From positions 27,962,001 through 28,026,000 of the forward strand of contig OZ024764.1 of NCBI GenBank assembly GCA_964016885.1: a stretch of 64,000 bases of DNA, written 5' to 3'. Shown piece by piece: positions 52,959-64,000 of this stretch (position 1 is the stretch's first letter; every line of letters starts with the position of its first letter). This stretch comes from Eledone cirrhosa. Lineage: Eukaryota. Under the pieces are notes generated by a model, which saw nothing but the letters and a program-made list of their open reading frames with translations, was not told the origin of the DNA and ran no database searches. A program made the translations under genes and the position numbers.

Positions 52959-53191
52959 AGCGCCTGAGGCATTGTAACCAGAGCAAATAGCACCTATGGC
53001 AAGCAGGGAAATTGCACCCCTGTCCATCTATCAGATAACCTGTTTTCTCCAGGTATCCTTTATGCCTAAGTATACCTGAAGTATTTGCAAAAGAGAGTGA
53101 TCTGTGTAATACTGATCTTTGACAAATATTAAACAACATTAAATTATTTGATAAGTCATACTGACATATGCCTAACCTGGTCAGACATAAA

Positions 53192-53379
53192 TGTTTCTAC
53201 CTTTGGCACAAGGCCAGCAATTACCCAGTGTATTGCTGGTACTTCATTTTATCGACCCCGCAAGGATGAAAGGCAAAGTTAACCTCGGCGGGATTTGAAC
53301 TCAGAATGGCAAGGGCCGTAACTCTATGCGTCAAAGCATGGCGTCCAGCCCTCTACCGATACTGCCAATCCACCGCCCC
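53192..53379 (-). mobile_element. tRNA-derived SINE
   Basis: Same family as 54469; AGACATAA is repeated on both flanks. Confidence 0.85.
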
Positions 53380-53489
53380 AGAGAGACATAATGATTTATA
53401 TAAATGGTTTAATGATCCAGCCACCAAAGTGTTTCTTCTCAGCCATGATAATCAAAGACACATCACACACCTGAAGAACACTACCTTAT

Positions 53490-54440
53490 TCCCAGGTCTT
53501 CCTTCCACTGGGAACTGCTGACACTTCTTCACCCAACAGTCACCATCCATACTAGAGCAGTCTCCTCTCTGCCCAGGTCTTCCTCTACTGCAACTTCCTT
53601 CCACTGGGAACTGCTGACACTTCTTCACCCAACAATCACATGTCCATACCAGAGCAGTCTCCTCTCTGCCCAGGTCTTCCTCTACTGGGAACTGCTGACA
53701 CTTCTTCACCCAACAGTCACTATCCATACACATCACATGTCTCCTCTCTGCCCAGGTCTTCCTCTACTGCAGCTTCCTTCCACTGGGAACTGCTGACACG
53801 TCTTCACCCAACAATCACATGTCCATACCAGAGCAGTCTCCTCTCTGCCCAGGTCTTCCTCTACTGCAGCTTCCTTCCACTGGGAACTGCTGACACTTCT
53901 TCACCCAACAATCACGTCCATACCAGAGCAGTCTCCTCTACTGCAGCTTCCTTCCACTGGAAACTGCTGACATTTCTTCATCAAACAATCACCATCCATA
54001 CCTGTGCAGTCTCCTAGCTCATCACATCACCTCTGCTCATGTCTTTCTCTGTCCACCTCTACTGTGGCTTCCTTCCACTTCTTCACCCAGGTGTCATCAT
54101 CCATGCACATCACATGTCTGTACCAACGCAGTTCTCTCTTACACCCCACCTAAGATTCCTCTTAAACTAAGTTTCTCCCACAGTTCATCCAAGCTCTGCC
54201 TCTCTCACACACACTTCCATCAAAGCATAGTAGCTTCGTTTCTCTCCAATCGACGGACGTCTTCTGCAGTCACTGCCTATATTTCACTACCGTACAAGCA
54301 CTGAACTTTGCCCACAGCCATCCTTCTGTATGTAGGGAGAAACCTTTTCCATCCTATCCTTATTCTAACTATTATGCTCTCAGAGCACCCTCCTCCATTG
54401 ATGATAAGTCACCTTGATAGCAGAAGCTATCAACCACATC
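53490..54440 (-). mobile_element. RTE-clade LINE 3' fragment whose coding end is expanded into a minisatellite (53490-54015)
   Basis: Minus strand: DVVDSFCYQGD..GGGCSESIIVRIRIGWKRF..LYGSEI*AVTAEDVRRLERNEA, then repeated (H)VxxMDxDCWVKKCQQFPVEG..RGRP modules. Confidence 0.8.
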
Positions 54441-54468
54441 TGTAACCTTTTCATTATTAAACTGGAGT

Positions 54469-54688
54469 AAGGCGGTGGATTGGCAGTATCAGTAGAGGGT
54501 CGGACGCCATGCTTTGCAGCATAGAATTACGGCTCTTTATGATCTGAGCTCAAATCCCGCCGAGGTTAACTTTGCCTTTCATCCTTACGGGGTCGATAAA
54601 ATAAAGTACCAGTCACGCACTGGGGTCGATTTAATCGACTTTCCCCTCCCCCAAATTACTGGCCTTGTGCCTATATAAGAAACCATTG
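54469..54688 (+). mobile_element. Apparently full-length tRNA-derived SINE with TSD
   Basis: GGCGGTGGATTGGCAGTATCAGTAGAG..TCAAATCCCGCCGAGG..GGGGTCGATAAAATAAAGTACCAGT..GGCCTTGTGCC; TTAAACTGGAGT on both flanks. Confidence 0.88.
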
Positions 54689-54697
54689 TTAAACTGG

Positions 54698-54970
54698 AGT
54701 TTGGAACATAACTTAAAGGTACTTACTTAAAATTGTGATAGAAGATTTGTAGATAAATATAAACACTTTAAACCTTTCATTACCATATTTCTAATGAAAG
54801 ACAGTGTTTGGAACATAACTTAAAAGGTTCTTACATTAAATTACGATGGGAGGCTTTTAGATAAACACTTTGTTACCATATTTCTAATGAAACACTGTTG
54901 GTGTTTGGAACATAACTTAACAAATGTTCTTATATGAAATTATGATAGAAGGTTTTGAAATAAATATAAA
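54698..54970 (+). repeat. ~100-bp AT-rich degenerate tandem repeat, ~3 units
   Basis: GTTTGGAACATAACTTAA recurs at ~54699, ~54806 and ~54903. Confidence 0.75.
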
Positions 54971-55147
54971 TTTTAAGGAAGTTATTTTTATTGTAGAATT
55001 AAGTACTCAAAATAGCTATTGTTAGGATTCGGGAGTGATGCAATCATGTAATTTTCTCAATCTGGTGTTTGTTACAAAACTTAACTCAACGTCCTGTACC
55101 ACATGAAACCACATTAGTAAGACATTCTTGAAAAGTATAAAACAGCT

Positions 55148-55293
55148 CCAGCATAGTTACGTCCCTTTACAATCTGAGTTCAAATCCCGCCGAGGTTGAC
55201 TTTGCCTTTCATCCTTACGGGGGTCGATAAAATAAAGTACCAGTAATGCACTGGGTAATTGCTGGCCTTGTGCCTAAAGTAGAAACAATTATG
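55148..55293 (+). mobile_element. 5'-truncated tRNA-derived SINE
   Basis: GAGTTCAAATCCCGCCGAGGTTGACTTTGCCTTTCATCC..GGCCTTGTGCCTAAAGTAGAAAC. Confidence 0.8.
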
Positions 55294-55361
55294 ATTGTGT
55301 CAGGTTAAATATTTAAGTCTTTACTCTAATACAGCCAAATTTTGCAACCATCTGTCCAGTA

Positions 55362-55636
55362 GTCTCAAGTGTGTCTCGAGTCCAGAGGTGCATCGGGCCG
55401 GTACTTACCCCAGTTTCTGTGGCGTGAAGCGACTGAGAGTACAAGACTCCTTCCTGGACGGGACGCCAGTCCAACACAGGGTTAAACCCCCAGCTATTGC
55501 TGATACTCATTTTCAGCTGAGTATACTGGAGCAATGTGAAATGAAGTGTTTTGCTCCAGAACACAACACACCCAGGTGGAGGGACTGAACCCATGACATT
55601 ATGACCCTAAGTTCAACACCTTTACCACTTGGCCAT
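55362..55636 (-). mobile_element. Different tRNA-derived SINE with a conserved-core-like body
   Basis: Minus strand: TGGCCAAGTGGTAAAG A-box, GGTTCAGTCCC B-box, CACTTCATTTCACATTGCTCCAGTATACTCAGCTGAAAATGAGTA, GGACTGGCGTCCCGTCCAGG. Confidence 0.7.
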
Positions 55637-55705
55637 TTGCCTTCACAAAATGCAAATAGCTTAATGACTTTAAAATGTTGATTGATGAAAAGTGGTGCCC
55701 TGTAC

Positions 55706-57786
55706 AAAGAGATAGACAGACAGACAACCAAACACAGAGAGACAGACAGACACATAAACAGCCAGACAACCAAACACAGAGAGACAGACAGACAACCAAA
55801 CAGAGAGACAGTCAGACATACAGACACAAACAGTCAGACAACCAAACACAGAGAGACAGTCAGACATACAGACACAAACAGTCAGACAACCAAACACAGA
55901 GAGACAGTCAGACATACAGACACAAACGTCAGACAACCAAACACAGAGAGACAGCCAGACATACAGACACAAACAGCCAGACAACCAAACACAAACAGCC
56001 AGACAACCAAACACAGAGAGACAGTCAGACATACAGACACAAACGTCAGACAACCAAACACAGAGAGACAGCCAGACATACAGACACAAACAGCCAGACA
56101 ACCAAACACAGAGAGACAGTCAGACATACAGACACAAACAGCCAGACAACCAAACAACCAAACACAGAGAGACAGTCAGACATACAGACACAGTCAGACA
56201 ACCAAACAGAGAGACAGTCAGACATACAGACACAAACAGTCAGACAACCAAACACAGAGAGACAGTCAGACATACAGACACAAACAGTCAGACAACCAAA
56301 CACAGAGAGACAGTCAGACATACAGACACAAACGTCAGACAACCAAACACAGAGACAGCCAGACATACAGACACAAACAGCCAGACAACCAAACAGAGAG
56401 ACAGTCAGACATACAGACACAAACAGCCAGACAACCAAACACAGAGAGACAGCCAGACATACAGACACAAACAGTCAGACAACCAAACACAGAGAGACAG
56501 TCAGACATACAGACACAAACGTCAGACAACCAAACACAGAGAGACAGCCAGACAACCAAACAGAGAGACAGCCAGACAACCAAACAGAGAGACAGCCAGA
56601 CAACCAAACACAGAGAGACAGTCAAACATACAGACACAAACAGTCAGACAACCAAACACAGAGAGACAGTCAAACAACCAAACACAGACAAACAGTCAGA
56701 CAGCCAGACACAAACAGTCAGACAACCAAACACAGAGACAGTCAGGCATACAGACACAAACAGTCAGACAACCAAACACAGAGACAGTCAGACATACAGA
56801 CAAACAGTCAGACAACCAAACACAGACACAAACAGTCAGACAACCAAACACAGAGACAGTCAGACAACCAAACACAGAGACAGTCAGACAACCAAACACA
56901 GAGACAGTCAGACAACCAAACACAGAGAGACAGTCAGACATACAGACACAAACAGTCAGACAACCAAACACAGAGAGACAGTCAGACATACAGACACAAA
57001 CAGTCAGACATACAGACAAAAACAGTCAGACAACCAAACACAGAGAGACAGCCAGACATACAGACACAAACACAGTCAGACAACCAAACACAGAGAGACA
57101 GCCAGACATACAGACACAAACACAGAGAGACAGTCAGACAACCAAACACAGAGAGACAGCCAGACATAGACACAAACACAGAGAGACAGTCAGACATACA
57201 GACACAAACAGTCAGACAACCAGACACAGAGAGACAGTCAGACAACCAAACAGAGAGACAGTCAGACAGCCAGACACAAACAGTCAGACAACCAAACACA
57301 GAGAGACAGCCAGACAGACAGACAGAGCCAGTCAGAGAGACAGCCAGCCAGCCAGACAGACAGAGAGACACAGCCAGCCAGCCAGACAGAGAGACACAGC
57401 CAGCCAGCCAGCCAGAGAGACACAGCCAGCCAACCAGACAGAGAGACACAGCCAGCCAGCCAGCCAGACAGACAGAGAGACACAGCCAGCCAGACAGCCA
57501 GAGAGACACAGCCAGCCAGACAGACACAGCCAGCCAGAGAGACACAGCCAGCCAGAGAGACACAGCCAGCCAGACAGACACAGCCAGCCAGAGAGACACA
57601 GCCAGCCAGAGAGACACAGCCAGCCAGACAGACACAGCCAGCCAGAGACAGACAGAGAGACACAGCCAGCCAGAGAGACAGACAGAGAGACACAGCCAGC
57701 CAGAGAGACAGACAGAGAGACACAGCCAGCCAGAGAGACAGACAGAGAGACACAGACAGCCAGCCAGCCATCAGACACAGCCAGCC
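55706..57786. repeat. Complex AC/AG-rich simple-sequence satellite
   Basis: CAGACAACCAAACACAGAGAGACAGT modules grading into CAGCCAGCCAGAGAGACA. Very few T on the plus strand. Confidence 0.92.
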
Positions 57787-57974
57787 TAACATGAAATATT
57801 ACACCATGACAGTTTGAAACAACCAGAGTTTGGGGAATATTTTTTTTCTTCCATTTTATTACCATTATTATTATTATTATTATTATTAATAATATTTTTA
57901 TTATCAATTTTTTATTGTTTTTTTTCTTCTTAATTTTTTGCCAGTTTTTTGTGCTTGTTAATTTTTTTAATTGT

Positions 57975-57997
57975 TTATATATGTGTGTATGTATGCG

Positions 57998-58030
<33 letters not shown>

Positions 58031-58677
58031 CTATATACACACATCAGAGATATATATATATATATATATAAAAACATACAAATACATGTGTGTGTATATA
58101 TATATATATATACATTCACTAAAATACACTTGTATACATATATACACACATATATATATATACACATGAGCACATTTTTGTGTGTATAGCTGTTACTAAT
58201 GTAATGTATATATGTACATATATACACAACTATATCGATATATATACACACACACATGTATGTGTGTATATATATATATAATATACATATATATAATATA
58301 TGTATACACATATATATAATATATATATATACACTTTATATATATATATATATATATACACTTTATATATATATATATATAAAAAATATACATATATATA
58401 ATATATGTATACACATATATATAATATATATATATATATATATACACTTTATATATTATATATATATATATATAAAATATACATATATATAATATATGTA
58501 TACACATATATATAATATATATATATATATATACACTTTATATATTATATATATATATATATACACTTTATATATATATATATATAAAATATACATATAT
58601 ATAATATATGTATACACATATATAATATATATAATATATGTATACACATATATAATATATATAATATATGTATACAC

Positions 58678-58711
<34 letters not shown>

Positions 58712-58845
58712 GATATACACTTTATATATATATAAAATATACATATATATAATATATGTATACACATATATATAATATATATATATATATATATAAAATA
58801 TACATATATATAATATATGTATACACATATATATAATATATATAC

Positions 58846-58900
<55 letters not shown>

Positions 58901-59339
58901 ATATATATAGCCAACCAAACAAAAGCTTGTTGTATTGTATATGCAGCTAGTTGCTCTCTACATCAGTAATGCAGGGTCAAAGTTCACTTGATATTGTTGT
59001 TCACATATTTATATAAAGCTGGCTCTTTTAGTTTTGTATTTGCCGCCATTGCTGATGTTGTTGTTGTTGTTGTAGTGTGTGTGTATGTATGTTCTATATA
59101 TGTATTTATGTGTGTGCATGTTCTTTATATATATGTATATATATATATGTGTGTGTTGTCTATGTTATATATACACATATATATATACACATATGTATGT
59201 GTGTGTCTGTGTTATATATCTATATCTATATATGTGTGTGTGTGTGTGTTTATGTTATATATACACATATATATATATATACATATATGTCTGTGTTATA
59301 TATATATCTATATATATGTGTGTGTGTGTTTATGTTATA

Positions 59340-59370
<31 letters not shown>

Positions 59371-59429
59371 TTGCATGTTCTTTATATATATATATATGTG
59401 TGTGTGTGTGAGTGTTTGTGTGCCCATGT

Positions 59430-59461
<32 letters not shown>

Positions 59462-59804
59462 TATACATTATATATCTATCTATATATCCATATGTAATTG
59501 ACAGTTGAGAGAACAGAGTACTCAATACTGAAGTAGGGTTTCCACATCCATATATTCAAGGTTAAATTAGTCTCGTTAGTTGTCTGAAGAACCTGAACTA
59601 AGTCTAACTCCAGACTAACAACACTATTTAGCCATAATAAAATGAATATATATATATATATATGTGTGTGTTTGTGTTCTATGTGTATATAAATATATAT
59701 ATGTGTGTGTGTTCTATGTGTATATAAATATATATATATATATGTGTGTGTGAGTGTGTGTGTGTGTGTGTTTAGACATGGCTTGGGTCAATACTGGCTG
59801 AAAC

Positions 59805-59870
<66 letters not shown>

Positions 59871-59944
59871 TGTGTGTGTGCAGTTATGTGTATATATATA
59901 CAATCTATGTATGTGTATGTATATATATGTGTGTGAGTGTGTAT

Positions 59945-59978
<34 letters not shown>

Positions 59979-60200
59979 TCTATGTATGTATGTGTGTATA
60001 TATATATATATGTGTGTGTGTATGTGTGTATATATATATTCTATATATGTGTGTATGTGTGTATATATATATATATATTCTATTATGTGTATGTATATGT
60101 ATATATATATATGTGTGTGTGAGTGTGTATATATATATATATATATTCTATGTATATGTATGTGTATGTGTATATACATATGTGTGTGTGTGTTGTGTGT
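57975..60200. repeat. (TA)n/(TG)n microsatellite field
   Basis: Long interrupted TA, CA and TG runs with short unique islands. Confidence 0.9.
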
Positions 60201-60593
60201 TTTAGTTGTTTTTAACACACATTTTATTTAATTTTATTTGTTTCCACATTCAAACTCCAAACTTTTTTTTTTTATGTATTTTCTTTTTATATTCTTGCTC
60301 CCCACCCCTGAAGCTAACAAACGCTACCCACAAAAACACACATCCACACACATGTACATACACTCATACAGACGGCTTTCTTGTTTCTCATTTTATTTTA
60401 TTAATTTTTTTTTTCATTGCTTTAGTTTGTTTATTTTTTTTTAAATTTCTATGTGTTTTTTTTTTTTCTGGTTTTTTCTCCTAATGTTTTTCACTCCATG
60501 GGTGTTGTTGGTGGTGGTGGTGGTGGTTAGGGGGCAAGGGTGGGGCCAGGGACCAGGGGGTTGGGTCGGGGTAGGGGGTTAATTGGTAATTTC

Positions 60594-60709
60594 CTAGGCA
60601 GTTGCTGGTTCCTGTACATGTGGAGTGGTAGAGTCTTGTGGTTTCATAACATCAGGCAACTCGGGAGGACTCGACAGAGAGGTCAGCTCCAGAGCTTCAA
60701 ATTCACCAT
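60594..60709 (-). CDS. ELOB: Elongin B, terminal coding exon
   Basis: Polypyrimidine tract and CTAACCAG acceptor, then (D)GEFEALELTSLSSPPELPDVMKPQDSTTPHVQEPATA*. SSPPELPDVMKPQDS is the recognisable Elongin B C-terminal motif. Phase matches the upstream exon (G|AT). Confidence 0.93.
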
Positions 60710-60875
60710 CTGGTTAGGATTAGAGAGAGAAAGAGAGAAAAAAAAACAGAAAAGAGAGAAGAATGGAGATACAAACAGACAGAGATGGAGAGAGGAAGAG
60801 GGTCAGATAGAAAAAGAGAGATATGGATAGCAAAGGAAACATGTATATACATCTCTATCTCTCTCTATATATATA

Positions 60876-61757
60876 CAGGGCGTGGACGATATTTGTTCGC
60901 AATTTTCAACTGCTAATTTTATGCAAATTTTTTCTACTTCCGTTGTCACTCCTGTCTTCATAAAAACAGTGACTATATTTCCATTATTTATTTTCAGAAT
61001 AATTGATTATGAATAATTTTTAACCTCCAAATTTGTGGAAGAGACACAGAGTTCTTCTTGGAATCCGCGCTGGGAGGACAAATAAGGACCAGAAGATCAA
61101 CTCCCAGAACAACAGGTGGCTTGCTGTCTCATCCAAAGACGTGCCCAGAGTCATGCAGACAAAGTTTCCAGTGACAACATTGGTCTTAGGTGTCGTCAGC
61201 AGTCAAGGTGACATCATGCCACCTCATTTCTTCCCTGAGGGCCTTAAGCTGAACACTGATGGCTACATCCGCGTTCTGAGCGAGGTAGTAAAGCCCTAGA
61301 TCAACCAGGTAGCTGCAGGTAAGCCGTACGTGTGGCAGCAAGACTCAGTGCCCTGCCATACCAGCCGAAAGACCCAAGCCTGGCTTTCAGAGAACTTCGT
61401 CGACCACACTTCACCTGACATCTGGCCTCCCAGCTCGCCTGACTACAACCCCCTCGACTTCTTTGTGTGTGGCACAGTGGAACGAGACACCAACAGATCT
61501 AGCTGCAATACAAAAAACGATCTGAAGGCCAGGATCACAAGTGGCTTTAGGGGCCTAAGTCGGGGGACAGTGACGAAGGCCTGTAGCCGGTTCCGAGGTA
61601 GTCACCAAAGCCAATGGCAGGGTTATTGAGTGAGATCGAAAGAACAAGTCATGAAGACAAACTAACCCAAGTTTGATAAATAAATCTTAAAAAATAAAAC
61701 TACTGTCTTATTTTTTCATAGACAGTAATCTTGCGAACAAATATTGTCCGCACCCTG
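60876..61757 (+). mobile_element. Tc1/mariner DD37D (maT-type) transposon, internally deleted
   Basis: ~27-bp TIRs CAGGGCGTGGACGATATTTGTTCGCAA / TTGCGAACAAATATTGTCCGCACCCTG with TA flanks. QQDSVPCH..WPPSSPDYNPLD has 37 residues between the 2nd and 3rd Asp. In-frame TAG at 61297; first catalytic Asp and most of the N-terminus absent. Confidence 0.88.
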
Positions 61758-61765
61758 TATATATA

Positions 61766-62421
61766 CAGTGCATCTTCGTTTATCCGGATATTGCTTTTCC
61801 GAAATTTGATTTACCGGACGGCTATTTCTATACTACATCCGAATGAGGAGGACTTGATTTCGGCAGACGGACAGATTCGGGCAGCATTTCTTCCGGCGAA
61901 TGTTACGTCACTTATTCAGCGAATGGACCAGGGAGTTTTGGAGACACTAAAGTGGATTTACAGAAAACAATTGCTGCGGGATTTGATTGGAAAAGGGGAC
62001 ACGGGAATGATTCTATTTTTATGTGCGATAAACATGAGGGAGGTGGTTGACCGTTCAGCTGTTGCGTGGAAATGGTAGCGGAACGACGAGCTTCGGCGCA
62101 AAAACAATCTTCTATTTATTCATTTTTTAAAAAGTACTAACTTTTTATGGTTTGACTTAATTCAGTTTTACCAAGTTTTTAGTTATTCTTATGTTTGTTT
62201 AATTAATTTTCTTATAAATTCTAGCTGTTCTTTTGTTATTCTAATAAACTTTCTTTACTTAGCATTTGTCTTTTATTTTGACTAAAAGAAGCCAAAACAT
62301 TAGAAACCACGAGCATTATGTAACAATGGGATTTTAGAATTCACTTATCCGGATATTTCCCTTAACCGGATCTTTTTCTAACTGTTTGGTTTTGACCGCC
62401 CGGAGAAGCGAAGATTCACTG
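61766..62421 (+). mobile_element. pogo/Tigger-like transposon relic
   Basis: TIRs CAGTGCATCTTCGTTTATCCGG / CCGGAGAAGCGAAGATTCACTG with TA flanks. FLPANVTSLIQRMDQGVL matches the pogo FLPPNTTSxxQPMDQGVI motif. Confidence 0.85.
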
Positions 62422-62429
62422 TATATATA

Positions 62430-62715
62430 TCATCATCACCGTTTTACGTCCGTTCTTCCACGCTAGCATGGGTTAGACAGGTTGTCCTGCTGTGGGCAGT
62501 GTCCGGTCGGCTGACCTTGTCTAGCTCATACAGGAATTGATTCTAGCTTGATTTCTACAGCTGGATGCCCTTCCTAACACCAACCTCATTTACAGTGAGT
62601 GTTGGGTGTTTTTTTTTTCTGTGACACCTACGCATCCACTTTACAGTGTGGGCTGGGAGCCTTTTTACTGTCTCTCCTACACGGCCACCTTACAGTGTGG
62701 ACTGGGAGCCTTTTT
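62430..62715 (-). mobile_element. SINE with RTE-type tail
   Basis: CATCATCACCGTTTTACGTCCGTTCTTCCACGCTAGCATGGG..TTTCTACAGCTGGATGCCCTTCCTAACACCAACC. Confidence 0.7.
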
Positions 62716-62801
62716 ACTGTCTCCTACATGACCACCTTACAGTGTGGACTTGTGTCATCGACACAGTGACAGTGAATGGAACGGTGTATATATATATATA
62801 T

Positions 62802-62931
62802 ACCGTATTTTCCGTCCTCGAGGAAGCACCCTAATTTTGACAACCAAAAATTTGAAAAATAATAATACGACAACCTTCGGCCTCCAGGACGCATGGTAGA
62901 TTTTTGAGTCTTCGACACTGGGAAATTCAGT
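62802..62931. mobile_element. Short Tc2/pogo-type MITE relic
   Basis: TA|CCGTATTTTCCG start; degenerate GGAAATTCAG end. Confidence 0.4.
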
Positions 62932-62934
62932 GTG

Positions 62935-63000
<66 letters not shown>

Positions 63001-63005
<5 letters not shown>

Positions 63006-63153
63006 GAGTTTGCTTGACAACATTAGCACCACAATCTTAACTTCCGAATGCAGTATAGGCACGCTGAGAATTAAGGAAGCCCTCTTAATCAAGCAATTAA
63101 AACCTAGGATCAATAATGACATGGAAAGAAGTGCACCAGAATGGCTAATTTAA
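63001..63153 (+). mobile_element. Penelope-like GIY-YIG endonuclease C-terminal fragment
   Basis: ILTSECSIGTLRIKEALLIKQLKPRINN matches the LxIKEALxI..PxLN motif. Confidence 0.65.
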
Positions 63154-63318
63154 AAGGCTGTATTCCAACATCCCAGCGGCCATTTCATTCTTTCTTTCAA
63201 ATTAAATCTATGTCCTCACTAGGCAAACACACTTACATATATCGCACACATTTTCCACATTTTATTATATACATATTCGCACACACCTTTCACTACATAA
63301 ACTTACATAGTTCCTTAC

Positions 63319-63418
63319 CTGCAGCTTTGAAAGCAAGGCCAATCGTGGCTGGCGCTTGAGCTCGGGCAGAACTACTGGTGTAGCCACAGTCGCTAAGGGT
63401 CTTGTTATCATCCAGTGC
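63319..63418 (-). CDS. ELOB: Elongin B, penultimate coding exon (upstream exons not seen in the window)
   Basis: TTATTCAG acceptor and GTAAG donor. 100 bp encode [33 protein letters not shown](D), matching Elongin B [32 protein letters not shown]. Confidence 0.95.
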
Positions 63419-63754
63419 CTGAATAAACAAACAGATTGTAATAAATGGGTGAAAAGTATTTCAGAAAGCTGGCACAATGTGCTAAAAATATATAAAGAGC
63501 AAAGGATGAAAAATAAAACGAAACAAAGTAATTCTTTTTTACTCAATATATTTCAACATAATGTTACTCTTTTCAATTTGACTTTAATCTATGTAGTTAA
63601 TATAAAACATTGTGAGATGTAATAAATGGCTAAGTATTTCAGAAAGCTGATACAATATGGTAGAAATGTATAAAGGGCAAAGGATGACAAATAAAACAAA
63701 TAAGTATTATCTAACCCAGTGATTTCAACGTAATATTTCAGGGTTATAATAATA

Positions 63755-63916
63755 TAATTGTTTCTACTTTTGGCACAAGGCCAGCAATTACCCAGTCCAT
63801 TACTGGTACTTTATTTTATCGACCCCGTAAGGATGAAAGGCAAAGTTAACCTCGGCTGGATTTGAACTCAGATCATAGAGTGACGTAACTCTTTGCGTCA
63901 AAGCATGGCGTCCGAC
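63755..63916 (-). mobile_element. tRNA-derived SINE (head partly missing)
   Basis: GGCACAAGGCCAGCAATT..TTATCGACCCCGTAAGGATGAAAGGCAAAGTTAACCTCGG. Confidence 0.85.
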
Positions 63917-64000
63917 CAGTGCTCAGGTGCACTACAACTTATCAAAGGTGCATGTATAGTACATAGAATAATGTACAAATGTCAGGAGAGTGAATAGTGT

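Noticed and set aside
55675-57789. 704-aa Q/T/R/D-rich protein
   Set aside because: Simple-repeat translation, open in multiple frames on both strands.
63001-63400. Hammerhead ribozyme expected near the Penelope fragment
   Set aside because: No CTGANGA..GAAA core with supporting stems was seen; the GC-richer stretch at 63319-63418 is the ELOB exon.

Overview
Repeat-dominated eukaryotic DNA, most likely from an octopod cephalopod (inferred from recall of the SINE families, not from a search). No prokaryotic genes or CRISPR arrays are present. Layout: (1) 1-6351 is a higher-order satellite of CT-rich blocks alternating with 46-bp minisatellite blocks. (2) 6352-46922 is a head-to-tail macro-repeat of about 2.7 copies with a ~15.1-15.4 kb period. 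Each unit is built on an internally deleted Helitron and carries CRE-like, hAT, SINE and tRNA-like fragments, a 55-bp VNTR and a ~3 kb fold-back. The first two units also hold an 89-bp double-hairpin array that starts at a perfect snap-back hairpin, and an inverted piece of the upstream satellite interrupts Helitron copies 2 and 3. (3) 47289-50920 is a less-deleted Helitron/Pif1 relic plus LTR-like sequence that looks ancestral to part of the unit. (4) 51-60 kb holds LINE/SINE relics and simple repeats. (5) 60594-63418 on the minus strand holds the last two coding exons of Elongin B (ELOB/TCEB2), which the ORF track misses; the intron contains DD37D/maT, pogo/Tigger, SINE and Penelope relics. 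Nearly all long ORFs in the track are simple-repeat artefacts. Coordinates were read by eye and repeat borders are approximate.
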